In this document: positions 39,901-52,400 of the stretch, in pieces
Numbering within the stretch: position 1 is the stretch's first letter
How the letters are laid out: each line of letters begins with the position of its first letter
Source of the DNA: an uncultured Planctomycetota bacterium
Lineage (GTDB): Bacteria > Planctomycetota > Planctomycetia > Gemmatales > Gemmataceae
Assembly: GCA_963835245.1 (NCBI GenBank)
Contig: CAWIEZ010000001.1
Coordinates: forward strand, 156,543 to 220,542
Direction: 5' to 3'
DNA: 64,000 nt
Made by a program: the position numbers and the translations under genes
The notes under the pieces: generated by a model
The model's input: only the letters and a program-made list of their open reading frames with translations
Databases searched by the model: none
What the model was told of the DNA's origin: nothing

Positions 39901-40363
39901 GCGTGAATCTTCTCCACGAAGCGGGCGGCGATTGGGCCTTCTACAACGGCGGCAATCGCTGGACCTATGGCGTTTATCTGTACAAGGCCGCCAAGCAGTT
40001 CGACATGAAGTTCCGCATCGTCGTGGCACTGGAACGCCGCGGCCGGCGATCCGTATTACGCGCTGGATTGCCGCGAGGACGATTACGCTTGGTGTAGCGC
40101 GAGTCCCGGACGGCGAGTTGATTTCAACGCCGCACTTCGAGCGGCTGCGCGAGGGACTGGACGATTATCGCCGCCTGTTGACATTGGCGCGGTTGGCCAA
40201 AGAACACGCCGGCATACCGGCCGCGCGGATGGCGGAGAAATTGCTCGCGGAAATTCTCGGCGGATTTCGGCTCGGCGATCGGGAAATAAAGGGCGTGGAG
40301 AGTTTCCCGAAGCTGCGTGAGCGCCTGGACGCGGTGATCGAGCGGCTTCGCGACGAAGGATAG
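36985..40363 (+). CDS. large secreted multidomain protein (CBM-like N-terminus, glycoside-hydrolase-like TIM-barrel region), multiply frameshifted
   Basis: Signal peptide. The colinear reading requires about 7 frame changes (ORF-track pieces 36985, 37346, 37587, 37765, 38154, 38629, 39294, 39932). YWNIGDEP resembles the clan GH-A NEP motif. Confidence 0.45.
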
Positions 40364-40378
40364 CGCGACACAACTTTT

Positions 40379-40450
40379 CTTTGCCAGCCCGCAGCGCCAG
40401 CAAGGGTGAGTCATCCCTTGCTGGCGCTGCGGGCTGGCAAAGTTTTAGCG
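40379..40450 (+). terminator. REP-like hairpin family F3 (28-bp arms) followed by a TTTT tract; candidate bidirectional terminator between convergent genes
   Basis: CTTTGCCAGCCCGCAGCGCCAGCAAGGG-tgagtcat-CCCTTGCTGGCGCTGCGGGCTGGCAAAG-TTTTAG. Related copy at 56195-56243. Confidence 0.6.
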
Positions 40451-43400
40451 CCCGGACGACCTGCTTAGATCGAGACGCCGCAGCGACTCCTTGGCTTCGC
40501 GTGTCAATCGAGATTCCGGAGCGCCTTTCGCCAGTTCCTCCAGCAGCCGCCGCGCTTCGGAATTGCCGATGTCCTCCAACACGCCCACGGCGCGCAACGA
40601 ACGCAACCGTTCTGGCCGCGTTACCGGGCCGCGCAATGCGCTCCAACACTGCTTCCACACGGCGGCGCATTTCCAATGCCGGCTTGTTCGCTAACGTCTC
40701 TCGCAACGCTGGCTCGGCCAAGTCGCCGAGTTCGGCCAACTCTTCCTGTGCCTTTTCGCGCACGGTGAATGGTTCGCTCTCCAGGTCGGCCAACAATCGG
40801 CGTAATCGCCGCGGATCGGCTGCTTTGGCCGGATGCAAGCGCTCCTTCAACAGCGTCATTGTCTCCGCCGGCGCTGCCGCCAGCGTCCAGCGGACCGCGA
40901 AGGCTGTGCGGGCGTCGGCGGCGAGATCGTCCCAGGCGCGCCGCAGACTCTCGGCATCAAGCGCGGCCGGTCGATCCTCGCCTCGGACAGCGGCCACGTC
41001 CCAAATCAACAGGGTGCTATCGTACAAACCGGAAATGAGCCGGCGGCCGTCGGGCGAGAATGCCAGCGAAGTCGTCGAGGAGCCGAAGTCTTTAAAACGA
41101 TGCAGCTCTTTGCCTCTTCTGAGATCCCACAAGAGAATTTCTCCCTGCGGAGCGATCGCGGCCAGCAGACGGCCATCGGGAGAAACGGCGGCTTTGGCCG
41201 AGAGGTAAATGGAGATCGGCAAATCGAGCAACTCGCTCGCCGTCAACACTTCCCACAAGCGCAGCGTTCGGGTGAAACCGTTCGGCACCGCCGCCGACGG
41301 TGCCGAACCCGGCGCCGGCGGCGGTGCCGAAGTCGATGTGTCCGAGAGCAGTAAACGTCCATCGAGCGAGAAGGCCCGTGGGTTGGTTTCTCCTTTAAGG
41401 ATCGGAAAAGTCAGCAACCGTTCGCCCGTCTCCACATCTTCCAGGCGCATCGGTTCGCGTTTCACGCTGGGGAAGGCGAATACCTTGGCGTCCGGCGATA
41501 CCGCGATCTCCGGAAGGCTACTCTGAAAGCGCCAATTGGCGGCGAAACAGTTGCTTTCGCGCGATCGTATCCCAGCAGGTCATCCGCCAATCGTTCTCTC
41601 GCCCTCCTCCTGGCCCGTAGCCTCCCGGCGACAAATTGCGGAGGACGATCGCTTTGCGGCCGTCGCGGGATACGTGCATGCCCATGTAGGGATGCCCGTT
41701 CCGCCGCCTCCAATCGTTCGTTTCCAAGACGTGCAGTTCGCGGCCGGTGGCGGCGTCGGAGAGAAGCACCTTATCATCCCAGCACGAAATCAACGTCTTT
41801 CCATCGACCGAAAGGACGCACTCCAGCACTGTACTCGGTGAGCGACGCAGCAGCGCGAGCTGCCTGCCGGATGTCGCGTCCCAAATGCGGATCGTGCCAT
41901 CCAAACCGCCGCTAGTTGTGACGCGCTTGCCGTCAGGCGAAAACGTCGGCGTGCGGACCCAGTTGGTGGAATGGCCTTCGGCTTCGGGCTTCAATTCGCC
42001 TGTGGCCACGTCCCACAGGTGGATGACGCCACACATGCCCTCCGCGATGGCCAGCGTCTTGCTGTCCGGCGCGAACGACGCCGCGGTGGAGTTGAACGAC
42101 CGGCCCTCTCCCTTGAGGTGCCTGCGGTCTCGGCCACTGACCGTATCCCAGAAGTGGACCTCCCGCTTACTGACTGTGGCCAGCATTTTGCTGTCCGCTG
42201 TGAAGGCGACGGACTCGATACCGTCCTGATCGGCGGCGACGGTGTGCGCGGCCTTTCCGGTCATCAGATTCCACAATTGCACGAAAATCTTGTCGGCGGC
42301 GTCCCTAGATAGCGAGGCCAGCCAACAGCCATCGGGCGAGAAAACCAGGCTGTTATGGAAAGCGAAACGGCCCTCGGTTTTGAAGACCCATCGTTCTTTG
42401 CCGGTGGTCATATCCCAGACGTGGGCGGCCCCCGATTTATCGCCGGCAGCCAAAACATTTTTCCCCACCGCACAAGGGGCAGGGGTGTCGCGAAAAGGAT
42501 CGGACAGGTTCTTCTCGGTGAAGCGCCGCTTCCGGCCGGTCGCCATCTCGTGAAGGTTGATTGCTCCTTTGCTCTGCCAAACAACCAGCGGCTGTCCGTC
42601 CACCGTCCAACCCAGACAGGATATGTTCTCCAATTCCACCTCGGCTGTTTTTTGTCCACCGTACACGTCCCAAATTTGCACGAGGGATTTTTGCTCCATC
42701 CGAAAGCCGGATTTCTCCCAGACGACTTTACTCCCTTGAGTCGCTGCTGCCAGTAGCCGCTTGCTATCCGGCGAAAATGCGATGCGCCAAAACGACGTAG
42801 CGTGTAGACGAATAGTTTTTCTCAATTTGCCGGTAGCCGTATCGAATATCCACAGCCCGTCATCGGACGCGGCAGCGATCGTCTTGCCATCGGGAGCAAA
42901 CGCCAGTTCCCGCACATCTTGCGTATCGATGCGAAAACGCCGCGTGCCCAGCCGTGCCACGGCTCCCGGCGGCAGCGGCTCGCCGTCCCGATCGCGGCGC
43001 GGTTCGTCTTTCGCTTGCGCCGGCGGCGCGGCTGGTGAACCCACGGCAGGTATTTCCTCCCGCGGGGCACGGAGCATCGACAGACCGGCCGCCATACCAA
43101 CCGCCGCCACAATCACAGCCAGCCCGGCGATCTTCAGTTTCAACGCCGGCATCATCCCACCGGCCAGGGCGTCGATTGCGGCGGGAACCGTTCCGCTCAG
43201 ACCCCGAACGCCGTCGGCCAACAACTTCTCCGGCACTGCCGCAGGCGCCAGCAGCATCACGGCTCCCACGGACAGATCCAAACCTCGTTGGCTCAACCGC
43301 TCGCGTAGTCGTTCGCGGCCGCGCGTCAACCGGCCGCGCAGCGAACCGATGCTCCAGCCGAGTTGCCGCGCCGCCTCCTCGATCGTCCGCCCTTGCATCA

Positions 43401-43878
43401 AGCACAGCAACACCGGCAATCGATACACCTCCGGCAAACGACCGATCTCCTCATCGATCAACGCGAGCAATTCGCGGCCGCTGAGTACGTCCAGCGCGGG
43501 CGGTTGCGGATCGATCGGCTCCGGCGTCTGGGCATTGGTCTGCATCCGCTGTCGCCGCCGCAGCGCCGCGCGAGCTTTCCGCGCCAGCCGCCGAGCCACG
43601 GTATGCAAAAAGCCGGCCAACGATTCGGGCTGACGCAAAGGAGAAGTCTGACGCGCAAGGACGAGAAACGTCGCTTGGAAGACATCTTCGGCTTCTTGCA
43701 CGTCGCCGAGAATGCGGCGACAGACGCCGAGAACCATCGGTCCATGCCGCGCCATCAGAGCGGTGAAAGCGTGTTGATCGCGCTGTTGCGTCCAACGGGT
43801 CAACAGCGCGTCATCCGGCGCCGCCGGCGCGGCGAGGCGATGCAGATGCGTCAGAAGAGATCGGCTGTGTGCGGACAT
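40445..43878 (-). CDS. ECF sigma-70 (regions 2/4) - TM - WD40 beta-propeller fusion protein; apparent frameshifts near 41490 and 40650
   Basis: N-terminus …[34 protein letters not shown]…[30 protein letters not shown] (sigma region 2/4), one TM, many WD40 units. The conserved C-terminal tail (…[29 protein letters not shown]) is in a third frame. Confidence 0.7.
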
Positions 43879-44061
43879 GGCATGATCCTTATGCGGGCAA
43901 CAACGAATGTCCTCTGCCCTTATTGTGTCCCGCCAGCCTTCCGCGCACACTCTTTTTTTCGTCATGAACTTCACGGCGCCGAGGACAGGACGCCGCCGCG
44001 TCCACTTTTTTCGTTCGACAAGGATAATTTCCCATGCACGCGCACTTCCTATAGTATGTAA

Positions 44062-45150
44062 ATGATGCGACGACTCCTTTTCCTTTTTCTCATTGTGGCC
44101 TGTCTGCCCGCTCCCGCCCGCGCCGGCGACAAGGCGTGGATCGCTGTCTCAAAGGACAACAAAGGTTTTGTCCTCAAGCCGTCCGGGAAGCGGTTCGTAC
44201 CGTGGGGCTTCAACTACGACCACGATGAGAAGGGCCGGCTGCTCGAAGATTATTGGCGCTCGGAGTGGCCGAAGGTCGAGCGCGACTTCCGCACGATGAA
44301 GAAGCTGGGGGCCAACGTCGTCCGCATTCACCTGCAACTCGGCAAGTTTTTGGACGGCCCGAATCAGGCGAATGAGAAGTCTCTCGACCGGCTGACGAAG
44401 CTCTTGCGGCTGGCCGATGAAGTCGGACTCTACCTCGACGTGACCGGCTTGGGCTGCTACCACAAGGCCGATGTGCCGGCATGGTACGACAATCTCACCG
44501 AGCGAGATCGCTGGGAGGTGCAGGCTCGATTCTGGCGAGCCATCGCCGAGCGCTGTGCCGGCAGTTCCGCCGTCTTCTGCTACGATCTGATGAACGAGCC
44601 GATCGTGCCCGGAGGCAAGGGAAACAATTGGCTGGCACCGGCCTTCGCCGGCAAGCATTTCGTCCAGTTTATCGCGCGCGACCAGCAAGATAGACCGCGG
44701 CCCGACATTGCTCGCCAATGGCTGCGACATCTGACGGCTGCCATCCGCGAGAAGGACAAGCGACATCTGATTACGGTGGGTCTGGTGGCTTGGAGTCTGG
44801 ATCGCCCCGGCCTGACTTCCGGCTTCGTGCCGGAGAAGGTGACGGCCGACCTCGATTTCGTCAGCGTCCACTTGTATCCCAAAAAAGGGAAGGTGGACGA
44901 GGCGCTCAAGACGTTGGCCGGTTTTGCAGTCGGCAAACCCGTTCTGATCGAGGAGACGTTCCCGCTGGCATGTTCCGCGCAAGAGCTTGACGAATTTATC
45001 GAGGCGTCGGCGAAGCATGCCGCTGGCTGGATCGGCTTTTATTGGGGCAAAACTCCCGAAGAATTACGTCGCCCTGAAACAATCGGGGATGCTATAACGC
45101 GCGAGTGGCTGGAGCTGTTTCAGAAGCGAGCGAAAGCGCTGGGGAAATGA
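44062..45150 (+). CDS. secreted glycoside hydrolase family 5-like (cellulase-type) protein
   Basis: Signal peptide. NVVRIHL…, …YDLMNEP… (NEP acid/base), …LIEETF… pattern. Confidence 0.75.
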   Translation: MMRRLLFLFLIVACLPAPARAGDKAWIAVSKDNKGFVLKPSGKRFVPWGFNYDHDEKGRLLEDYWRSEWPKVERDFRTMKKLGANVVRIHLQLGKFLDGPNQANEKSLDRLTKLLRLADEVGLYLDVTGLGCYHKADVPAWYDNLTERDRWEVQARFWRAIAERCAGSSAVFCYDLMNEPIVPGGKGNNWLAPAFAGKHFVQFIARDQQDRPRPDIARQWLRHLTAAIREKDKRHLITVGLVAWSLDRPGLTSGFVPEKVTADLDFVSVHLYPKKGKVDEALKTLAGFAVGKPVLIEETFPLACSAQELDEFIEASAKHAAGWIGFYWGKTPEELRRPETIGDAITREWLELFQKRAKALGK

Positions 45151-45160
45151 CGGCGCCCCG

Positions 45161-46540
45161 TTACACCATTAGCAGACTCGCCACTAGCACGGCGATGATT
45201 CCGGCCAGCAGCGGAAGCGCGAGACGGCGCACCAGCTGCAAGGGATGGACCTCGGCCAGCGAAGCGGACATCAGCGTCACCGCCGCCACTGGCGACAGAG
45301 TGCGCCCGGCCGACGCCGACAGCGCGATCAACGCGCCCAGCCGCAGCGGATCGTAGCCGAGCCGATGAGCCGGCTCGACAAAGAACACGAATAAACTCTG
45401 CGTCGCCGCCATGCCGGAGCCGCACAGCAGAGCGAACAACAGCGGCAAAATAACCGCCGCCGGTGTCAGCAAGCTCGGCCATGTTTGCAGCGCCTGAGCG
45501 AGCAACGTCGCCAAGCCGATGAGCTTGATTGCCTCGCCGAAACAATTGGCGGCGACGATCAACGAGATGATCCGTGCGAAGGCGAAGCCGACACCCTCGA
45601 AGAACGTCTCCGCGGTGCGCGGCGACTTGCCGGCGATCCGTCAGCGCGGCGGCGGCCACGCCGAGGAGCATGGCCGCGCCGATCAGCCGGCTCTCGAAAA
45701 CCGCGCGCAATTCCGACTCCGTGCCCTTGAAGTGGGCCACGTCCACCAGCCAAGTAACCGGCACAGAAAACAGACGAAACGGCTCCGGAAAGGCGGTTAA
45801 AAACAACAACACAATCGGCACGAACGGCATGACCGCCTTAAAAGGATTGATGCGGAACGGATCTTCCTCAGAGCCGCGACCGTCGGGGAGCGGTTTGGCC
45901 TCCGCTCCCTGACGGTCGCGGCTCAGCTTGGATTCGCGCACGGACTCAGCAGCCAGAAAACCACCGTCGCCACGAACAGTTCGATAACCAATAGAGGCAG
46001 CGCGTGGACAATCCAACGGTCGGCCGAGAACGGCACCTTCGCGGCCTCGCTGACGGTGCGCACTTCCGGCGCACCGGGGTTCAGCAAATCGCCGCCCAGC
46101 GAGGAGCCGAGCAGCAACGCCGCGCCGATGGTGACGGGAGAAATCCGCGCCGTCCGCAACAGCGGCACTAGCACCGTGCCCACCAACACCGCCGTACTCA
46201 TCTGGCTGATGACGGGGACGTTCACCAGGACGCCGACAAGCACGGCGCCCGGAATCAACAAGGGCCGTACTCGCCGCATGGGCCGCACCAGCAGATGAAC
46301 GAGGTGTTGATCGCAGCCGGTTTGCCGCAGAACGTAAGCGAATCCGAGCGAGCAACCCAGAGGAATGGCGAACTGCTCGTTGACCAGTGTGGTTAGGAAC
46401 TTTTGCACGATGACATCCGGCCGGCCGGCCAAACAGCCCAACGCCAGCGCCGCCAACAACAACGTCAGACGCACATCGGCGCGGCGCACGATGGCCAAGA
46501 TGACCACGACGATCACGAACAAGCCCGCGGATAACGTCAT
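45161..46540 (-). pseudogene. ArsB/NhaD-superfamily anion permease, disrupted (two or more frame changes; REP-F2 hairpin at the break)
   Basis: Hydrophobic multi-TM segments in three different frames (46540-45923, ~45850-45600, 45562-45161). The stop of the first piece lies inside the F2 hairpin at 45871-45924. Confidence 0.55.
45871..45924. repeat. REP-like hairpin family F2, second copy
   Basis: GAGCCGCGACCGTCGGGGAGCGG-tttggcct-CCGCTCCCTGACGGTCGCGGCTC. Compare 30785-30838. Confidence 0.85.
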
Positions 46541-46583
46541 GTGCAAAATCCGAAAACAAGGCGGGAAACATCTCATTCATCCT

Positions 46584-46693
46584 CGTTCCCACGCTCCGCG
46601 TGGGAACGCACGTCTGGACGCTCTGCGTCCCGTACCGCCGAAACGCGACGCGGAGCGTCGCCTGCTTGCGTTCCCACGCGGAGCGTGGGAACG
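46584..46693. repeat. REP-like element family F1, second locus: CGTTCCCACGCTCCGCGTGGGAACG … CGTTCCCACGCGGAGCGTGGGAACG
   Basis: Outer hairpins at 46584-46608 and 46669-46693, with a central GACGCTCTGCGTC…GACGCGGAGCGTC inverted repeat. Lies in the divergent intergenic region between the permease and pepF. Confidence 0.85.
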
Positions 46694-46773
46694 AGAAGGC
46701 GGCGAACATCTCATTTGATATTATGCCTTTGAATTGCTTTCGGATTTCGGATTTTGAATTGAAGGATCAAACC

Positions 46774-48606
46774 ATGTCCATCAACGATACAACCATCCTC
46801 AACGCTCGTCCTCGCAGCAGCGCCGAGGGCGTCTCCTGGGATCTCGCCGACCTGTACGCCGGCGCGGACGATGCCAAGATTGGCCGCGATCTCGACGTCG
46901 CGTTGAAACGCGCGCAAGCCTTCGAGTCGGCCTATCGTGGCAAGATCGATGTATCCGGCGGTCCCTCCGCCGATGTCCTGCTCGCCGCTGTGCGCGAGTT
47001 GGAGAACCTGTGCGAGCAGATGGACAAGCCGATCATCTACGCCGGTCTGCTGCACGCCGCCAAGACCGACGATCCCAAGCGCGGCGCCCTACTGGCCCGC
47101 ACGCGCGAACAACGCACCGTTATCAACAAGCACCTTATTTTCTTCGATCTCGAATGGGTCAAAGTCGCCGAGGATGCCGCAGGCCGTCTGTTGGTCGAGC
47201 CGTCGCTGGCGCGCTTTCGGCATTATCTGGAGCAGAAACGCGCTTGGCGTCCGCATTATCTGAGCGAGCCGGAAGAGAAAATCCTCGAAGAAAAAGCAGT
47301 CACCGGCCGCGCCGCTTTCGTGCGTTTGTTCGATGAATCTGTGGCCGCGCTGCGTTTTCCTTTCGAGCATGCCGGCCGGAGCGAAACGCTGTCGTTGCAA
47401 CAGATCAACGCCTACCTCTACGACGCCGAGCGCGACATGCGCCAGGCCGCCGCCGAGGGCCTGACGCGCGGCTTGCGCGACAATGCACGGCTGTTGACCT
47501 ACCTGATGAACACGCTCGTACTCGATCATCGCTCCGATTGCAACCTGCGGCACTTCGACAATCCGATGGGGCCGCGCCACCTCGCCAACGAGATCACCCC
47601 TTCCGTCGTCGATGCTTTGATGACCGCCGCGGAGCGCTATCACGGCACCGTACAGCGTTATTATCGTCTCAAGGGCCGCTTGCTGGGTGTCGATTCCCTC
47701 TACGATTACGACCGCTATGCTCCGCTATTTCCCGACATGCCGGCGTGCGATTGGCCGACGGCGCAAAGCATCGTGCAAGAGAGCTATGAGGCGTTCAGTC
47801 CCCGCGCCGGCTCCATCATCCGCGAATTTTTCGAGAAAAACTGGATCGACGCCGAACTGCGCGACGGCAAGCGCGGCGGCGCTTTCAGCAGCAGCACGGT
47901 GCCGAGCGCCCATCCGTACATCCTGATGAATTTCACCGACAAGCTGCGCGACGTGATGACATTGGCGCACGAACTCGGCCACGGTCTGCATCAATATCTG
48001 TCGCGCGGCGTGGGCTATCTCCAGTGCGATACGCCGTTGACGACGGCGGAGATGGCCAGCATTTTCGGCGAGATGTTGACCTTTCAGCGCTTACGGCAGC
48101 GCTACACGGAGCCGCGTATCCGTCTGGCCATGCTGTGCGGCAAGATCGAGGACAGCTTCGCCACGGTGTTCCGCCAAGTGGTGCTGACACGCTTCGAGCA
48201 AGCGCTGCACCAAGCCCGCCACGAGCGCGGCGAACTGACGACAGAGCAAATCAACGAGTTGTGGCTGAACGCCAATCGACCGATGCACGGCGACGTAGTG
48301 CGACTGACCGACGGTTACGGTTGGTGGTGGTCGTACATCGGCCATTTCGTGCATGTGCCGTTTTATTGCTATGCGTATGCGTTCGGCGAATTGTTGGTGC
48401 TGGCGCTGGTGCAGAAGCACAAGCAGGAAGGGGCGGCGTTCGTGCCGCGTTATCTGGAATTATTGTCGGCGGGCGGCTCGGCTGCGCCGCACGTGTTGCT
48501 CGGCAAACTCGGCGTCGATGTCAACGATCCGGCTTTCTGGGAGTTGGGATTGCGATTGCTCGACGACATGGTTTCGGAGGCCGAAGAGTTGGCGCGGCGC
48601 ATCTGA
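46774..48606 (+). CDS. pepF: oligoendopeptidase F (M3 family)
   Basis: HELGHGLHQY zinc-binding HEXXH. Full-length M3B-like architecture. Confidence 0.85.
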   Translation: MSINDTTILNARPRSSAEGVSWDLADLYAGADDAKIGRDLDVALKRAQAFESAYRGKIDVSGGPSADVLLAAVRELENLCEQMDKPIIYAGLLHAAKTDDPKRGALLARTREQRTVINKHLIFFDLEWVKVAEDAAGRLLVEPSLARFRHYLEQKRAWRPHYLSEPEEKILEEKAVTGRAAFVRLFDESVAALRFPFEHAGRSETLSLQQINAYLYDAERDMRQAAAEGLTRGLRDNARLLTYLMNTLVLDHRSDCNLRHFDNPMGPRHLANEITPSVVDALMTAAERYHGTVQRYYRLKGRLLGVDSLYDYDRYAPLFPDMPACDWPTAQSIVQESYEAFSPRAGSIIREFFEKNWIDAELRDGKRGGAFSSSTVPSAHPYILMNFTDKLRDVMTLAHELGHGLHQYLSRGVGYLQCDTPLTTAEMASIFGEMLTFQRLRQRYTEPRIRLAMLCGKIEDSFATVFRQVVLTRFEQALHQARHERGELTTEQINELWLNANRPMHGDVVRLTDGYGWWWSYIGHFVHVPFYCYAYAFGELLVLALVQKHKQEGAAFVPRYLELLSAGGSAAPHVLLGKLGVDVNDPAFWELGLRLLDDMVSEAEELARRI

Positions 48607-48616
48607 ACCACTTCAA

Positions 48617-49378
48617 TCAATCGCCCTCGGCGTCCGATTCCGGCATGACGCCGGTCTCGACCGCGACACGCATCTCCTCCGAAGCGGCATCCCATGCCCG
48701 CTGGTAGGTCAACTCCAAGGGAACGGGGACGTGCATGCCGGCGGCCAGAAAAAGCGCCATGTCCGGCAGAACGTCACCCACCCCGACCGTATCGATGTAC
48801 GCCGCCCGTTCGCTGCCGCTTTCGTAGGAGACGAGAAGGCGGTCTTTTCCTTCGGGAAACGTGAAATCCTCCTCGACGATTTCATCCCAAATCGCCTTGT
48901 GAATGCCGAATGGATCGCGCGGCGATGGCGGAAACAGATCGACGATCGAAACGTGAATCCCCTGGCGAAGAAAGTCCACGGTCTTGTCCACGAAATCGCG
49001 CAAGGCCGCTCGACTGTCCTTGTTTCCCGGCGACAAGATCTCGATAACGGCGACGATGCGGCCGAGATGGTGGCGGACAACGATGCGATTGGCCCTGCCG
49101 GCGTCCAGGGCGCGCGTCGTCCTTCGCACGATGCGGGTAACGGGGCGCTCCATCACCAACAGACCTTTGCCCTCGCTCGATCCCGTTCCTTGGCCGATTT
49201 TCGTCGATTCCACGGTCAAGACATCGGCCTCGCGGGGGCCAGCCCTTTGCTCGACCAAAGCGGATAGACCTTTCGGCAGCCGTCCCGCGTTCAAGGCCGT
49301 CTTGAGGTGGATCGACCAAGTTTGATGGAAGTCGTGAACCAGTCCCGAAGGAACTCGGGTCCAATCGTGCATCGGCAT
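48617..49378 (-). CDS. DUF4058 family protein
   Basis: MPMHDWTRVPSGLVHDFHQTW… characteristic DUF4058 N-terminus. 253 aa. Confidence 0.6.
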   Translation of the reverse strand: MPMHDWTRVPSGLVHDFHQTWSIHLKTALNAGRLPKGLSALVEQRAGPREADVLTVESTKIGQGTGSSEGKGLLVMERPVTRIVRRTTRALDAGRANRIVVRHHLGRIVAVIEILSPGNKDSRAALRDFVDKTVDFLRQGIHVSIVDLFPPSPRDPFGIHKAIWDEIVEEDFTFPEGKDRLLVSYESGSERAAYIDTVGVGDVLPDMALFLAAGMHVPVPLELTYQRAWDAASEEMRVAVETGVMPESDAEGD

Positions 49379-49439
49379 GGCCTTTCCCTCCAAAGGGGCA
49401 GTGGTCTCCTGCCCCCGACGCATTATAACGGGATAATGT

Positions 49440-52400
49440 TCACTTCCGCGACGACTCTTTTTCCGCAGCGACCTTCGCCTCATTCAGTTTCTTACGCCAC
49501 TTGGCCGCTTCATCCTTTTTGTCCATCGCCTCGTACATTTGAACCAGGCGTTCGAGCGCCTCGGTCAAGTGGACCTTGCTTTGCGGCGGAATTTTCGCCT
49601 CACGCTGCCTCATGCCCTGGTAACTGGACAGTAGCAGCGGTTCGGCGTCGGTGAATTTCTTCTGTCCCAGCAGAGCGCCGCCCAGCGAAGAGTGAGCATG
49701 GAAAGTCTGCCAATCGTCGGGCTGCTTCGTCTGGTGGATCTTGAGAGCGTCGCGCAACATCGGCTCGGCGTCGGCGTATTTGTGTTGCCGCAGCAGACAG
49801 GAAGCCATCCACATCATCTGACCGACCGTGCGCGGATCGGCGGAGCCGAATTGTCGCCGCGCTTGCTCCAGCGCAGCGCGGCAGAGCGGTTCGGCCTTGG
49901 CGAATTGTCCGGCGATGCCGTACGCCTCGATCAGATTGCCGCGGCAGGCGAGCGTGTGGGGATGATTAGCGCCGAGCTTCGCCGCCAGCTGCGGGAGAGT
50001 CTGCTCGAAGAGCAGGATAGCCTCGGTGGTGCGGCCGGCGGATTGATACGTGAGAGCCAGGTTGTTGCGGGAGCGGAGTGTATCGGCATGGTCGGCGCCC
50101 ATTTTGTCCTCCATCTGCTTAAGGGTCTGCTCAGACAGGTGGAGAGCCTCGGCAGTGCGGCCGGCGGATCGGTAAGCCTCGGCCAAGTCGTTGGCGGATC
50201 GGAGCGTATCGAGATGGTCGGCGCCGAGCTTGATCCCCTTCTGCTTGAAAGTCTGTTCGTGCAGACGGACGGCTTCGGCGGTGCGGCCGGCGGACAGGTA
50301 CGTATTGGCCAGATTAGCGCGGCAGGTGAGCGTAGTCGGATGGTTGGCGCCGAGTTTGGCCTCCATCTGCTGGAGGGTCTGATCGAAGAGGCGGAGAGCA
50401 TTGTCGGTGTGGCCGGCCGAGTGATACGCCCAGGCCAAGTTGTGACGGGAGAGGAGAGTATTGGGATGATCGCCGCCCAGCTGGACCTCCTTCTGCTTGA
50501 CGATCTGCTCGTAGAGGCGGAGCCTCGGCGGTGCGGCCGGCAGACAGGTACACCCCCGCCAGGTTGTGGCGTAATTGGAGCGTGTCGGCATGGTCGCCGC
50601 CGAGTTGGGCCTCCTTTTGCTTGACGATCTGCTCGTAGAGGCGGAGCGCCTCGTCGGTGCGGCCGGCGGATTGATACGCCAACGCCAAGCCGCCGCGGGA
50701 CCGGATTGTGTCAGGGTGGTCGGGTCCGAGCTTGGCCTCCCGCTGCTTGAGATTCTGCTCGTAGAGGCGGAGTGCCTCATCGGTGCGGCCGGCTGATTGA
50801 TAGGCCAGAGCCAAATTGCCGCGGGATTTGAGCGGGTCGGCATGGTCGGCACCGAGTTGGGCCTCGCGCAACGCCAACGCTCGCTTGTATTGCTCGATCC
50901 CCAAAGTGAACTCGCCCAGATACCAGTAGGTCGCGCCCAAAGTGTTACGAATCTCCGCTTCGACTAGCGGACGATCCTTGAAAGCATCGGCGATAGTCGG
51001 CGCTGCCGCGTCCACCGCCTTGCGCAAGGTCACGTCATTTCCCTGACCACCGCCCTGACCCTTCGGCCGGCCCGCCGACAGAACCTTGGTGCGGAAGAAA
51101 ATCAGCACCGCTTTGGTGTCCGCCTCCGATTGCCTGGTCTCTCGCTCGGCCTTGACCGCGCGATCGCGTTCCGTCGCCGTGGCCTTCCGCGCTTCCTCCG
51201 TCCGATCGCGCTGATCCGTGGCCTCCTTTTCCGCATGCACGGCCCGGTTCCGTTCGTCCAGCGCCCATACGGCCAGTGAGGTACTCACTATCGCAGCCAC
51301 GACGACAAGCAGCAGCAACGCCGCCACCATCGCCAAGCCGCGGCGATGCTTCCAGGCCAGCTTGCGCAGCCGATACCGCGCCGACGGCGGACCTGCCTCT
51401 ACCGGCTCGTCGGCCAGATAGCGTTCGATGTCGCGCGCCAAGCCGTTGGCCGTCTCATAGCGGCGGCTGCGGTCTTTCTCCAGCGCCTTCATGACGATCC
51501 AGTCTACTTCGCCGCGCAACGCCTTGACCAGCGCCGCCGGCTCCATATGACGCTGCGCCGAAACCGTCGCCAACGAATCCTTCGACCCACTCAAGCGCGT
51601 ACTCGGACGCGGCGGCTCTTCCTCGCGGATCAGACGCAACACCTCCACGATCGATGTTTCGTTGAGACGCTGCCGCGACAACGGCGTACTCCCCGTCAAC
51701 AGTTCGTACAGCAACACGCCCAGCGAATAAATGTCGCTGCGTGTGTCGATGTCTAGGGCATTGAACTCGGCTTGCTCCGGACTCATGTACTCCAACGTGC
51801 CCACAATACCGCCAAAGCCGGTGAACAGCGTGCGCTCCGTCAGCTTTCCGCCCGTCGCCTTGGCCACGCCGAAATCAATCACCTTGGGCACCGGCTTGCC
51901 GTCGTAAGCTGCGATGAGGACGTTGCTGGGCTTGATGTCGCGGTGGATGATGCCTTTCTGATGGGCGTGTTGAATCGCCTGGCAGACCGGCACGAACAAC
52001 TCTAGCCGTTGCCGCGGCGTCAATCGCTGTTCATCGCAATACTTGGTGATGGGGATGCCCTTGACCAACTCCATGACGAAATAGGGACGGCCGCTGGCGG
52101 TGGTGTCGGCCTCCAACACCTTGGCGATATTGGGATGATCCATCAGTGCCAACGCTTGCCGTTCTTGCTCGAAGCGGGCGATGATTTGCGCCGAATCCAT
52201 GCCGGCCTTGATGACCTTCAAGGCGACCATACGGCGCACGGGTTGTTGTTGTTCGGCCATGAAGACGACGCCCATGCCGCCTTCGCCGATCTGTTGCAGC
52301 AGTTTGTACGGCCCGATGCGGCTGCCCACCCCTTCCAGGGGAGCGGCGGACAAATCGCTGGCATCGAGCCACTGTCCGGGGGCGACGTTGCTGGTCAGCG

